64,000 bases of DNA from Octopus bimaculoides (taxonomy: Eukaryota), in contig NC_068998.1 of assembly GCF_001194135.2 (NCBI RefSeq), positions 51,252,209 through 51,316,208 of the forward strand, given 5' to 3'. The notes below the pieces were generated by a model. That model was given only the letters and a program-made list of their open reading frames with translations. It did no database searches and was not told where the DNA came from. The translations under genes were made by a program, and so were the position numbers. Within the stretch, counting starts at the first letter, position 1, and each line of letters begins with the position of its first letter. Positions 1 through 13,744 of this stretch are shown piece after piece.

Positions 1-182
1 CGGTATTAAACCTTCTGAGAGAAGAATACTTGGCTCCTTATTTTCTTCGAAGGGCAAAGGAAGGTAGATTTCCCTTTTTAATTTTATACATCTGATCGGA
101 TATTTGCCCATCGGTTGATTAAATATGCGGCTTGATCTGATGTTTATTATCTAATTAATTGAAACCTACGTTTCATTAGTCT

Positions 183-351
183 TTTATTTGTTTCAATAAT
201 TTGACTGCTGCCATGCTGGAGCACCGCCTTTAGTCGAACAGATTGACACTAGGACTTACTCGTTGTGATTGTAGCACCTAGACTATCGGTCTCATTTGTT
301 ACGAAAACACACCAACACCGGTTGTCAAGTGATGATGGAGACACACACACA

Positions 352-436
<85 letters not shown>

Positions 437-580
437 GATGGACTTCTTTCAGTTTCCGTCTACCAAATCCACTCACAAGGCTCGAGGCTGTAGTAGAAAA
501 CACTGGCCCAAGGTGCCACGCAGTGGAACTGAACCCGGAACCATGTGGTTAGTAAGCAAGCTACTTACCCCACTGCGCCT
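183..580 (-). mobile_element. tRNA-derived SINE, family B, near full length with internal (CA)n
   Basis: Reverse complement carries the tRNA-like head (GTGGTAAGTAGCTTGCT...GGTTCAGTTCC) and the family 3' end (GGCGGTGCTCCAGCATGGCAGCAGTCAAAT) seen in many other copies in the window. Confidence 0.85.
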
Positions 581-1173
581 ATTAAACATTCAGTAAGATG
601 AAAGACTTACAATTTCAACTCTCTTTCCGAAAGAGAGAAGGAAACGTGTTGCGAAAACTTTCCGACAAACAGACCGTGAATAGTTGATGTCAGAACATCA
701 GTAAAGTGATTAAATGAGACAAAAGTATTTTGGTAACCACTTGTATGTAAGGGTTGTCGTTAGGACCGAAGGTAAATATTTTGCAGACTATAATAGGAAA
801 TTGATGACGAGTGAAATTATTAACATTCTGCTCGGTTTGTTGCTTTCAAACAAGAAGAATCCTGCCTTTAGCAACTCACATTTTATGAACTGTTGGGAGA
901 TTTAATGTAAAAACTTTCAGAAAAAAAGAAAAAAAAAAACTAAACCGAAATAGATTACATTAGATTCATTTCGTTTCATGGCACATTTCCTGTCGCTTTA
1001 GCACACATGCTAATATAATGTTGATTAAAAGTAGCGCGTAGATCTCAACGAGCACACACACACACATACAGATACGTGTGTATGTGTGTGTAAACAATAT
1101 TAAGATTAAAATACAAATCATCTCAAAGTCATTCTACTCATTTTTTCAAATATATGATACATATGTGTGAGTA

Positions 1174-1238
<65 letters not shown>

Positions 1239-1667
1239 CAAATAGATAGATAGATGATGAGAAATACATATTATTTGATAAACACAGTATATTTTGTTGT
1301 TTTTTTTTGTGTTCTATTAGATAGATGCGATCAAAGCATGCCAGACAATATTTTTTTACACGTCTGGTGTGTCAGCGAAATCTTCAAGCATCACCCACAT
1401 TGCACAACAAGCTAAAAATAGGACTATAAAATGAGATACAAAGTGAGAAAAGGCGAGAGAAAGCGAGAAAGAAGTAGATATAACAAGTGGAAGATTGAAA
1501 ATCCGAAAAACGGAAAAGAAAACAGAAAGAAGAGAAATGTTATGCCTTATGTGCAGTACCTGAAGATTGCGCTGAGACACGAGGCGTTAAATAATATTGG
1601 CTGGCATCCTTTCATCGCATGATATATATATATATATATATATATGCATATATATTCTTTTTTTTTG

Positions 1668-1870
1668 TTTTTCTTTCAGTCATTTGAGTGCGGCTATGCT
1701 GGAGCACCGCCTTTAGTCGAACAAATAGATCCTAGGCCTTATTCTTTGTAAGCGTAATATTTCTTCCATCGGTCTCTTTTGCGAACCGCTGAGATACAGG
1801 GACGTAAACACATCAACATCGGTTGTCAAGAGATGGTAGAGGACAAACACAGGCACACAAATATATACAC
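1668..1870 (-). mobile_element. SINE family B, 3' half
   Basis: TTTCAGTCATTTGAGTGCGGCTATGCTGGAGCACCGCCTTTAGTCGAAC...CATCGGTTGTCAAG matches the copy at 183-580. Confidence 0.85.
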
Positions 1871-2667
1871 ATATACACGTGTGTGTGTGTGTGTATGTAT
1901 GTGTGTGTGTGTATTTGCGAATAAGCGATAGGATATATGCCGAAGTATGAAGACATTCTTATATAATCTATTTACATCTTTTTCTCAGTCGCTTATGTAT
2001 ATCTTTCTAGAATTCGTAAAATGTGTGTTGCTACAGGCAAGAATCTTCTGCTTTGAAAGCAACAAATCGAGCAGAATGCTAATAATTTCAGTCGTCATCG
2101 ACGTCTTATTATGGTTAGCAAGAGGTTTATTAACTGCATCTTTCGTAACATCTCATATATACCACACGTTATCACGAAATTTTCTCCTACATTAATCATC
2201 CTGTTGATGTTCGTACAGAATGTTATTCACAGCCTGCTTATTGCAAGACATTCGTTTAACTTTAGTTGTATATTTCGAAAAGGGAATTGGTTGACTGGTT
2301 TTTTTTTTTTTTTTTTTTTTTTTTTTNNNNNNNNNNTTTTTTTTTTTGTTTTTTTTTTTTTTACTGAATGAACGTCAGGACAAAATTTAGATTGATATTT
2401 AACACCCGGTAAATTTTCAATCTTTTACATAGTTTTAGTTTCTCCTATAGATATAGATATACGTATATAGACAGACATACTGATATATACATTCATATAT
2501 ATGCACATAGACATATGTATATGCATCCAAGCATACATACATATGTACACACGTATGTATATACCTATATATATATATGTGTGAGTATGTATATATATAT
2601 ATATATTATATCATGTATACATATGTATGTATGTATATGTATATATAACACAATATAAAATTCACGG

Positions 2668-3000
2668 TGCATAGTGCCGAAGATCCCAGCATTTCCATCA
2701 ACATATAGGAGCAGATACTGCAACAGCTTGTGTTTCAAGGACACACAGTTCTTTAATATCCTTCCAAAATGCCTGAGAGACCTGCTATGGTATGGATGTA
2801 AGTGTCTTTAAAACAAAACTGGCGCTCTTCCTGTCAAGGGTTCCAAACGACCCCATCTCACGGCAGGAAATACAGATGAGGGTAGTGGCATCAAACTTCC
2901 TTATTGACTAAATACAACATATTAGAGGAGGTTTCAAATAATGGGGTAGAACAGTCAACGGTGGTGTGCAAAACCGTTCACGGGTCTAACCGGATGATGC
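2668..3000 (+). mobile_element. CR1/L2-group LINE 3' end (degenerate ORF2 C-terminus)
   Basis: Translates CIVPKIPAFPSTYRSRYCNSLCFKDTQFFNILPKCLRDL, then after a frameshift MDVSVFKTKLALFLSRVPNDPISRQEIQMRVVASNFLID*; resembles the FN.LP..LR...VF K.KLD.FL..VPDEP C-terminus of CR1/L2-group ORF2. Confidence 0.7.
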
Positions 3001-3552
3001 ATACGTAAGAATATATTAAAATATAAAATTTAAGCAGCACTATTGCAATAAATATTATCAATCACATCTACTTAAACTATACACCTCGTGTATTTGCCGG
3101 TAGCTGCTAATAGTGTAGTTGAGAATATTCTTTGTTCAAGGCTTCTACGCTCCGCTTGTGAAATAAAATTTACTTCTCTTACAAATATTTTCTGGCACAA
3201 TTTCTGGGTAGCTTCTTTGTCTTCGAGTTTTTTTTTTTTATCTAATGTCAAGGTAATTCTATTCGAAAGCTACACCTGTCATTGTTTTATGTTTTATAAA
3301 TACACAAGTGAGTGGTAATTTGTAGAGCGTTAACAATTTGTGCAGCATTCGTCTCATGTGTTCGTATGTGTGTGTTTGCACATGTGTGTGTATGTAATAC
3401 ATGTATACACGCACACACACATACACACACTCATAGTTAAGTATATGTGCACTTATTACGTTCCAGGAAATAAATTAGTTCACTAATATTTGTTTTATAA
3501 ATGCGCATACACACACATATAAAGACCCACAAACACACACGTTCTTATGTGT

Positions 3553-3587
<35 letters not shown>

Positions 3588-5238
3588 ATATATTTATAAT
3601 ATATTATATATATAATATATATGTGTGTATAATATATATATATTTGCATGTACATCTACATACATACATACGTACATGCTTCGATGTATGTATATATATA
3701 TATATATATATACACACAGGTTCTGAATAGGAATAGATTATTGTCGAATTTGCTGTTAAAGCACTACAAATATTTCAACATGAAATATTACATCAAAACT
3801 CATATATTCCACCCTCCTTCCTCAGATGGTGTTTAGTTTTGCATAAACGATTTGTACTTGTTTCAAATCTGTTTATATGAAAAAAACATTGAGAGTATTG
3901 AAAAATCTCTTTAAAAAACTTATAAGCTGTTTAAATATGTTTAGTCTTTTTTAATTATTTCTAAATTTTGTTTTTCTAAAGAGTAGCAGATACAAACAGC
4001 AGTCTTTTAGGTGTTGTTTATAAAACTACCACTTTCTTTCGTATAGATCCAGCACAGCTGTTAAAAATATCTGAAGAATTGTATTGATTTTACTGGAACC
4101 TTCCTATCAATCGATACAGCTTAGAGAAAACAGAGAATATTTAATGTTCTGAAGAAATAGCTCTTGCTTTTTGGTTATATTTAGGAGAAGCTGTGATTGG
4201 AACGAAGGTCAGGGGTCATATGAAATAGTTCATATGTTAAATGTATTGGTTTACCGTCGAGGAACACTTCGTCGCAAAGTGACGCTTTCTGATACTTGTC
4301 AATAGAAAGACTGATAGCAACGAGAAGCGGAGGTGTAGGTAGGGGTGCGAAGAAAGAAGGTAGTAAAGGCTGAGAGGTGAGAGGGTAAGAAAAAATAATG
4401 AACGGGAAGAAAAGACGAAACACGTGATGGTCAGTGGTCAGGTAAAGAAGATAAGTACAGTGGTAAATATCAAAAAACGATGACGAGAGGTTGATAGAAA
4501 ATCGACAAAAGGCGGTAAAGAACAAAGTAAAATAAGGCAACTACGAGAATATTAATAAGAATAGTATAACTTTGAGAATGAGTAACAGGGAGAGTAAGAT
4601 AAAAGCGAGTGGGAAAAGAATTACAGTTGGGAGGATAGAAAGAAATATAACAGGAGCCGCTAAATAGCAAATATATAGAACACAGTGAAGATGATTAGGA
4701 AAATTAAAGGAATTTATTAACACCTGCAGGTGAGAAGATTTCTAGCTTAAATGTAAAGCGTTTCTCTCTGCAGCTTCAAGTGTAGATGGACCACGTTACC
4801 TCGTATTTGAGCTGTTTATACACACGAAATGCCGGTGTAAATTGTCACAAGTTTTTGAAATCCCATTGCTAAGCTTCAAACATCAAAGTCGTTTAGTACT
4901 TTGGTCTGTGATAGATGGGAAAACAGTTTCTTTTAGCAAATGAAATATTTACTTTTACGAACGAAAATGGTTATGGATAATAAGTAGAATAGTGCTTCCA
5001 TAAAATACCGTGTAGTGTAGTGTGTGTGTGAAGAGCAACCACGTACACATGAATTGAAACCGTGGTTCTGCGATTGTGAGTGCATCTCACTAAGCATTAG
5101 GCCATGCGATTTTCCTCACACTCTTTCTCTCTCTCTCCTTGGTAGTCGCTCAGCTCATCTGACAGAGAATTCAGTTGTGCATATATGCGGATGAATTCAT
5201 CCATATATGGATCATACATAAACACACACATACACGTG

Positions 5239-5270
<32 letters not shown>

Positions 5271-6524
5271 CAAATTACATGCTGATAGATAGATAGACAC
5301 ATGCATATCTTCATTTACATGATAGTATTATTGTACAATTTGTAAAAGGTAAAATCGGACTGAACTTATGGGATGACCTGATAATAATGCTTCTATCACT
5401 AATGATTTTTTTACGCAGTCCGCCAACTGTTTGCTGCACCAGTGATTTGTTAATCATTAATTTCCTAAATCAGTAGAGACTAAATTTATCTACGCATGTG
5501 GTTGATGGTGGATGGTTTTGACACTAAAAACAGCGAAATCTTGATTGCTGGATACTTTTCGTCTGCTACTGATATGCTTTTACGGTTTTTAGGCACGATA
5601 CATCCACTCGAAGTTCTGTCCCGAGACGAATACCGCAGTTGTATGCCTTTCTACAGTATATCCACGCTAAGTAATATATACAGAATGTTATTACAACACA
5701 AAAGTATTTGAGATTGACTTCGGGAAAAATCAAATCATCTGAACCGTAAATTGAAAGTCTATATATCTCTGTTCTAAAAGATAAATGAGATTTATAGACA
5801 CATAAAAATAGTCGAAAGAAATCCTGCTGAAATCGAAATCCAAATGAAAACTTATTTCCAGAATTCAAAAGATTCAACAAAAATCAAATGAAAGCCATTA
5901 ACTTGAAACGTATGTCTGTTGAATGGGATTCTGCTTTTAACGTAATCATTTCCAACAAGCAATTACATACAAAGATCAGTGAATGTTTTTGTCTTATATT
6001 TACATATCCTGAGTCTGATTGGGATAAGGCCGTACAGTGTAGATGAGAGATGTCGATTTAATCGACCTCAGAACACTATTGTTGTTTTGTTTAGGTTCAT
6101 GTGGCTCTTGGTAGAAGAAGATGGCATTGTAAATACACGCCCAAATCAATATATATACATATAAGCACACACACAAACATACACGTATACATGGATAGTG
6201 TATGTAAGCTATAATTAACTATAGAATAGCTCTATAGATTTCAGCTAACACTGGTGCGTGTAAATTGAACTTAATTGTTAAATATACTTGCTGAAATCCA
6301 TAGAGATATTAAGTAGTAAATTAAAAGCATCAAAAACGATCGCTGCTAACGCGTCAGTAATTTAAGTTGTTTGTATGTATAACATATATGCGCACGGGTG
6401 GGTTTGTGTGTGGAGGGGTACGTGTGTGTGGGGGGTACGTGTGTGTGGGGGGTGTATTGTATATCTTTGTCTCTCTCTTTCTTTGTCTCTCTCTTTCTCT
6501 CTCTCTCTCTGTTTATATATAGAA

Positions 6525-6680
6525 CGGGTGACGCGTTGTGTTCTTGAGTAAACACTTCATTTCAACTTGCTCCAGTCCACTCAGGTAACAAAACGAGCAA
6601 TCCTGCGACGGACCGGCGTCCCGTCCAGGTGGGGAATTCATATACGCCACGGAAACAAGGAAACCGACCCTTATGAGTCG
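6525..6680 (+). mobile_element. tRNA-derived SINE, family C, 5'-truncated
   Basis: GCGTTGTGTTCTTGAGTAAACACTTCATTTCAACTTGCTCCAGTCCACTCAG is shared with copies at 19897-20020 and 20770-21030. Confidence 0.75.
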
Positions 6681-7049
6681 GTTAGATTAGAACCAGGTCC
6701 CTGCACCCGTGAGGCCCTTGGGCATCTGTCCACCGTGCCCATATCTTAAGACGGTATTTTTGGAAGCCCCAACCTGTGGAAAATTCAACAAATAATAGTT
6801 TCCGTTTCTCTCACCAGTCCCGATGTTTGTGTGGGGAACGGCAGAAAACCTCCTGGGTAACGCGTTTCGGCCTCTCATGTTGTGTTTCCTACTCTAACTA
6901 AACAATTATGGCTTCACAGGTTTAGAGACTATCAGAATTTCAGCGAGGAATCAGGTAATATCATTTGAAATACCTGTAACTTCACACCTTTTAATCGAAG
7001 AATCGATCTGTGTCGATGCAAAAAGAAATAAGCCGTGGGCAGGTTGTTG

Positions 7050-7170
7050 TTATCGCTGCTGCCCTTATTGTTGATGTTGTTGTTGTTGCTGTTGTTGTTG
7101 TTGCTGTTGTTGTTGTTGTTGATTGTGGTGGTGGTGGGGGGGGAATGGTGGTGGTGGTGTCGATGGTACC
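7050..7170. repeat. (GTT)n/(GCT)/(GGT)n trinucleotide low-complexity tract
   Basis: Direct inspection; explains the overlapping poly-V/L/N/T ORFs. Confidence 0.9.
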
Positions 7171-7772
7171 AGCCCTTATTGAGTGCACCAGTGACCAAAC
7201 GACTTCTGAGTGCGATTTTCCCGTAGTTTTTTTTATGTGCAATGAATCCAGAATCAAATCTTCCAAGATGTATATTTTTTTTTTAAATGACGGTTGTGAT
7301 TTCAATAAATATTTATCAGCTATTTCTATAAAATAGAATGACCACGTAGAGGCTCCCTCGTTGGCTAGTTGTTACCAAACGAATAGTTTTATAACACAAT
7401 TCGATCCCTTTCGTAATAAACTCAATTCAAATCCTATATTTGGCAACTGTATTAACGATCTATATCTACCACTCGCCACTGCCAAGATTGATTTTTTTTT
7501 TAACTATCAACAAAAGAAGCACATTTATGGACAAGTTTGTTTGTTGCTGTTGTGTCTGTTATTTTGGAAAATATAAATGGGCAGCGTATTTTATTATATG
7601 AAACACTTTTATGAAACTTCATCTCATTTATACATCTGTTTATCTGCTTACGTTTTGTTGTTCAAATATTGTATAATTCTAACTTGAAATATTTGTGTTG
7701 TTGCTAGAAATCACTTTTATGATCTAATATATAGCTGCCTTGTTTATGTGATGTTTGCATACATATATATTT

Positions 7773-7821
<49 letters not shown>

Positions 7822-8014
7822 AGTGTGCCAAGTTTGTGTCTTGTAATGGCTGATTATATCTGCGCTGATATATATCATGTATAAAGCTGATATGTTCCTT
7901 GATTTTCCTTAAAGCTATATAACTTCCTCCTTGTGTTAGACTTTAAATATGATAGAAATATATATATATACATATAACCATCTATCTATTTATCTATCTG
8001 TCTATACATCTAAC

Positions 8015-8105
<91 letters not shown>

Positions 8106-10039
8106 AGAGGGAGGGAGGGAGGGATTGATTTCTAGGTATGTATGTGTAGTGTATGCACGTCAGCAGTCGTCTAGTAGTATTTGTTTGCAAGTGTGAAATA
8201 TTTTTAAATTACAGAAGCTTGTGGCATTTTTCATATAAACACGTACGTACATACACACATACATACAAACATAAGCACACTCGCATCTACGTGAATATGT
8301 AAATATATGCGTGGATGCGTCGTTTTAACACGGGTGTGTTTGCTTGTATGTATGTAATTGCATTATGAAATAGCTTCAAAATATATTATATGAATGAATG
8401 CCTTACGGAGCGTAGATCAATACAAGACACAGATATCATTTGCTTTTGAAACACGACATGGATTTTAGACTGGAAATTACTGGTAAAATATTAATGAAAC
8501 AAAATAAGGAAAACAGCAGCCAAGAGAGATAGACCAGGAAGACGTAAATGGTTGGTTATAAAGTTGATAAATACGGTGTTGAAATTACATGACATTCGTT
8601 AGCTGACATCGTGTTTTTTTCTAATATATTTATAGAAGCCCAAGGAACCCATACCATTGTCGCTAACAACGTAAATACTTCTTACTGAACGGCAACAATT
8701 ATATACATATATATATATACATATATATATATATGTATGTCTGTCTGCCTGTGTGTGTGATAAAGCCTGTATATGATTGGGGATTGTGAGTAAGAATTGG
8801 AAGTGGGGGTTGGCGGCTAGGAAGTAATGAAACCCTGTTAAGACCGTTAACATTCCTTCAATGATAAGTAGTGAAACAGTAGATAAACGAGGGTGGCGAA
8901 TCAATCGCTTTTATTCACCCACCAATAAAGGATCTTTGGTTCGTGTTTCGTTAGCGACTCTAGTAGAAGCACTGAGAAGCCGTCGATAGAGTATCTTCCT
9001 GTTAATAACTGCAAAGTCGGTTCTTTTTTTTTATTTTTTTTTTTAGGTTTTTCGTTACTAAAATTTAGTGGGTGGGTAATGGCTCCAATAAAGTAAAATA
9101 GGAATGGAGCAGGGTCTATAGGCAAAATATGGATTAGAACCACTACTTTAGAGAGTCTACAAGACTGGTGGGGCGGCGAAGGATGTCACCCTCAAATCGG
9201 TAAGCCGGTGGCCTGTCATGAATGCTTGCGACAGAGTGGACTCCGCGAAAGAGACTCAGGGACGCAGTAGTGGTACTAAACCAGGTGACCAAATAAGTCT
9301 GCTGAAGGAGAAATAAACCAAGTTTCTGTATTCAATGACAGAGAATATATGAAGTAATCATTATTCAAATTACCAAATAAAAATTGCAAACCATTGCTAA
9401 CCATAGACAATTTAGGAGAAAATGGGAATTGTAAACTTACCATTTCTTTCGGAAATTCCTCAGTAGCTAAAGTAAACTAAATTAGAATATCCATAACAGA
9501 GAACCGAAACCGACGTAATGGTCTCGGGTGTCCATAAATTACTATGTTACACCGCGACAGTTTCTATAGAACACATTAATATATTCAACTACGCACTTTG
9601 TTTTGCTGAATACAACAGAAAACCACGGAGGTCGTGAAAAACGTAGGCTATTATATACAATGTACAAAATATTATAATGAGATTTTTATCAATGTTTGAT
9701 AAAATGTTGTAAGCAATATCCTCAAATTCGCCTAAGTGAATGTGCTGTAATTACAGAAAGCTACGTTTAAATGAGATGACAAAAGGTGTTGACATCGTTT
9801 TACAGAACCAAAAGAAATAAACATTATATTGTGTTCTTAAACAATGGTTTGAGAGGATGCAACTAAACAATGTGTCTGTAGCAATAACCTATTTCACTAA
9901 TATTTCTATATTATTGATAATTGTAGTGGAAATTATTAAAGTAGAAATTTGAAATACGGATAGATTTTATATTTTAAGTTATGGCTTCGTTTGGCCTAGT
10001 TGTGTGGTTTTGCTTGGTTTTCGTTTGGGTTGGTTTGTA

Positions 10040-10205
10040 TTGTTCAAGAGGACAAGACAACGCTCGATCTGTGAATCGAAACTACATCTCAAAACCGTGA
10101 GTGCAACAACCTAACCCCTAAGCCATCTGACCTCGGTGGAATTTGAACTCAGAACTGATGACATGCCGTGAAGCATTTCACTCGGCGTGCTAACTATTCT
10201 GCCCT
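10040..10205 (-). mobile_element. Adjacent SINE head fragments (family C then family A)
   Basis: GAATCGAAACTAC...GTGAGTGCAACAACCTAACCCCTAAGCCA (C head, reverse complement) followed by GACCTCGGTGGAATTTGAACTCAGAA...CGGCGTGCTAAC (A head, reverse complement). Confidence 0.65.
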
Positions 10206-10429
10206 TTGGCTATCTATGTAGCAAATTTATGCACAAAATGTATTCAGAGAGATCGCTTTGTGTTCTCAGAGAGAAAGGCAAAGTGTTTCTTTTCAAGTGT
10301 TTCGAAGGTACGTATGCTTAGGTTTGGCCTTCGCAGTGTGTCACTATAATACAATGGAGAGTAAATACCTTACAACCAAACTTTGTTATTACTAAAAATC
10401 TGTTGGTGTATGCATGTGTATGTATATAT

Positions 10430-10549
10430 ATAGTGATAATTTACAAAAAAAAAAAAATAAATAAATAAAAAATAAGACGAAGACGGGTGTGTAAACAACA
10501 AACAGATGTATTAGTTTAACGCTCGGGAAGTGAGAAAGTCTGTTACGTT
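10430..10549 (-). mobile_element. Truncated copy of the hammerhead-bearing (Penelope-like) terminal repeat, lacking the catalytic core
   Basis: Reverse complement AACGTAACAGACTTTCTCACTTCCCGAGCGTTAAACTAATACATCTGTTTGTTGTTTACACACCCGTCTTCGTC matches the 3' part of the repeats at 35.0, 48.3 and 63.2 kb. Confidence 0.7.
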
Positions 10550-10561
10550 GTATGTGTATAC

Positions 10562-10620
<59 letters not shown>

Positions 10621-11499
10621 CGTGTATATATATACATATGTATACATGCATATATGTATACACACAATGTGTGTGTGTAGACAGATATATACATACACAC
10701 ATGTATAAAGAGAGAGAGAGAAATAGACCAATAGAAAGGCAGGCAGACAGAGAAAGCTTACGACAATGGGTCAGTACCCGAGCAGTCAGTCGAGACACTA
10801 TTTTCTGTACTGCTTGCTAAAATTCTCCGAACTCACCGACTCCACTTTATTACTTTCTATCTCTGTCTCTCTTTCTTCCTGTGTCTCTCCCCCTCCCTCT
10901 CTCTCTCTCTCTCTCGTTCTGTCTCCCTTCTCCCCTCTCTCTCTCTCTCTCTCCCTCTCCCTCTGGTTCAACCAAGATATTTCTAAAATTATCCTATTCT
11001 GGTTGCTGCGGAATAATGTGTCGACAAGGCAAGAAGAGCAGCTGCTGTTTTAGTTTTTTCTTAATTTTTTGCTGCTGCAATTCAGTTCGTTTACTTCTTC
11101 TGCACATATTACTACATCTATAGTTTCTATTATTAGGCATCATCGAAGAGCGATATTTCATTTCGCCAAAATAGAAATATAAAACGGCCATTTATCACTT
11201 CTCACAATTTGTTTCCTGTGTTCAGTTCAGAATATCGATAATGGTAACTGATATTTTAGTTTGCTGCGCAACAACAAACAACGGTGTGAAATAGCAATAC
11301 CATTCTATTGTAGTAAATAAGTTAATGGTCTCCCTATTAACAAGATTTCACTTAAACACCTGGCACCTGAATCGTTGCATCTCGAAAGCATCGCCTACAT
11401 ACATATTCTGTACATATAGCGTTATATATATATATATATATATATATAAATATATATATGTACATATAATATAAAAGTATATATATATATATAGATATA

Positions 11500-11545
<46 letters not shown>

Positions 11546-11920
11546 TATATATGTACATATAATATAAAAGTGTATATATATAAATATAATAAGTGACAAT
11601 TAGTTGGTTGTCATAATAAAACTCAGAGTTTCGGATGCTGGGGCATCAAATAATCAATAATATCTACGACTTTTAGGAAAATATTTTTCTCTTGCTGCTT
11701 TGAACAATTTCGAAAAATTATAAATTATTTGCTTACCGGATGCAATAATAAACCACGAAGTATGTTTATAGTTATAATTATGTTTATAATCTTTATGTGT
11801 ATTCCAGTTTTTTGAAGAAGTAACCATTCTTCCATTTCGATCTATGTTTAGCTTAGCGTAAATTTTATCTTTAAATTCTTTTTTTGCTTTTATTTATATA
11901 TATACATATATATATATATA

Positions 11921-12490
11921 TAGTGGCACCATTTAATTCAAGAACGCTAGTATACTGATGCTAAAATGGCATATTTTATATATTCAAATTGTAAATTGTG
12001 AATTAAGATGTATATCACAATAAAGGAAATTTCACGATCTTTAACATGGTATACAACTTTATAGCGTAATATCAACATATTAATTCTAAGTTAAAAATAA
12101 ACTATATTTTGTGTAAGTTACTTAATAGTTGTGATGGGTAAGAGACAAAATTTACTTCCAGAAACCACAGCGAGTATCGTTCAGCATAGTAGACTGAAAT
12201 GGCCATATAAAGCGATATCAAACGAAGTTGAATGCTCTAAAACAACCGTCCACAATGCTGTCCATTTTTATAAAGACACTAATGATTATAGAGACCGCTC
12301 TCGACCTGGGCAACCAGGAAAAACAACGGCAAGAATGGATAGAGATATTCATAGATCTAACAGATCACCACATGTCTTTGGCAATGTTTATCTTATCGGC
12401 AGAGATATACATTTGACGGTATTGCTACATTCCCGAATGTGAGTTCACTGGCCAATAAATGGCAGTTCCAACCATTTTTCCGATGGTATA
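11921..12490 (+). mobile_element. Tc1-like transposon 5' remnant (paired/HTH DNA-binding region)
   Basis: ORF 12131-12442 MGKRQNLLPETTASIVQHSRLKWPYKAISNEVECSKTTVHNAVHFYKDTNDYRDRSRPGQPGKTTARMDRDIHR fits the Tc1 N-terminus (SYR.I...L.CSK.TV...I..YK.TG...DR.RSGRPRKTT.R.DR.I.R). A downstream frame gives HW...FSD near 12445-12485. Possible left end TA-GTGGCACC after (TA)n; no right TIR found. Confidence 0.75.
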
Positions 12491-12840
12491 GCTATAAATT
12501 CATAATATATTGATGTAAGTTGCAGTGTCTGAAATGTCAAAGAGGAGACGAAATGACGAAACAATTTATTATTCATATTTCATAATACGTTATATAAATT
12601 AACTTAAAATTAATTGCCTTCTAGATAATAAGATTATTATCTTCTTAGCAAAACATAAGAAGAAATATAGAATAGTTCAGCCTTGCTTTGAGACTGTTGA
12701 CCAAAATTACCCGTCCTTCTACCCATGAGTGCTGTTTTGGTTATACCAACTTCCAAAACAGATCTTGTTTATAATGTCTATTAAGAGGCCCCCAAAAGAA
12801 AGCATCAGAATACATCGCAGTAGTCACCCACTGAAGCCAA

Positions 12841-12953
<113 letters not shown>

Positions 12954-12974
12954 ACACACATACTCTTTTATTTC

Positions 12975-13325
12975 TTTTACTTGCACAGTCATTTGACTGT
13001 TGCCATACTGGAGCACCACGTTAAGGGCTATAAGTCGAAGAAATTTACTTATTCTTCGTAAATTCTTCTATCAAAGTCGTTTGTCGAACCGCTAGTTTAC
13101 GATGACATATATACACCAGATGATTGTCAAGCGATGGTGGGGTAACAAACACAGACACACACACACACATAAATGCATACATATACGACGGGCTTCTTTC
13201 AGTATCCTTCTACCAAATCTATGCAAAAGGATTTGTGAGTGGATACTAGAAGATACTAACCCAAGGTGCCACGCAGTGGGACTGAACCCGAAATCATGTA
13301 GTTGGGAAGCAAGCTTCTTTATTTC
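12975..13325 (-). mobile_element. SINE family B, near full length
   Basis: CAGTCATTTGACTGTTGCCATACTGGAGCACC...CGACGGGCTTCTTTCAG...CCAAGGTGCCACGCAGTGGGACTGAACCCG. Confidence 0.85.
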
Positions 13326-13382
13326 ATTAAATTGGCTATAATAGCCTTACATAGAGAAAGAAGGTGTGGGCTGGACACAGAC

Positions 13383-13413
<31 letters not shown>

Positions 13414-13744
13414 TGTGCGTGTTCATCTGTTGGCATCCGTGTGTGTGTGTGTGTGTATTCATATGTAATTTTATGAAATAATAAAACGAATATCGTACGC
13501 TCAGTCGTCAATTTTTATGAGACGTACATACTGCTGATACATACTAATAATAATGATACGATTAAATTTAATAATCATAGCTGTTTCTGCTGTACCATCG
13601 ATATGTTGCCTCATAACATTAAATTTAATAAACATTGTTATTACTGTGGAAACTTTGTATTCAATTGTATTATTGTAGTTTCATATTCAAAAGCACTAAA
13701 CATGTTTCCAGTATCAAAGACTCCATTGTATTGCTGGATATTAG

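Noticed and set aside
4730-4950. Donor CAG|GTGAGA and acceptor TTTCTCTCTGCAG with a following 56-codon frame
   Set aside because: The implied intron is only about 44 nt, the upstream frames are closed and the peptide is unrecognised.
6932-7336. Poly-H/N/T/V/L ORFs as a transcription-factor exon
   Set aside because: Open in several frames on both strands because of trinucleotide repeats; no domain or convincing splice sites.
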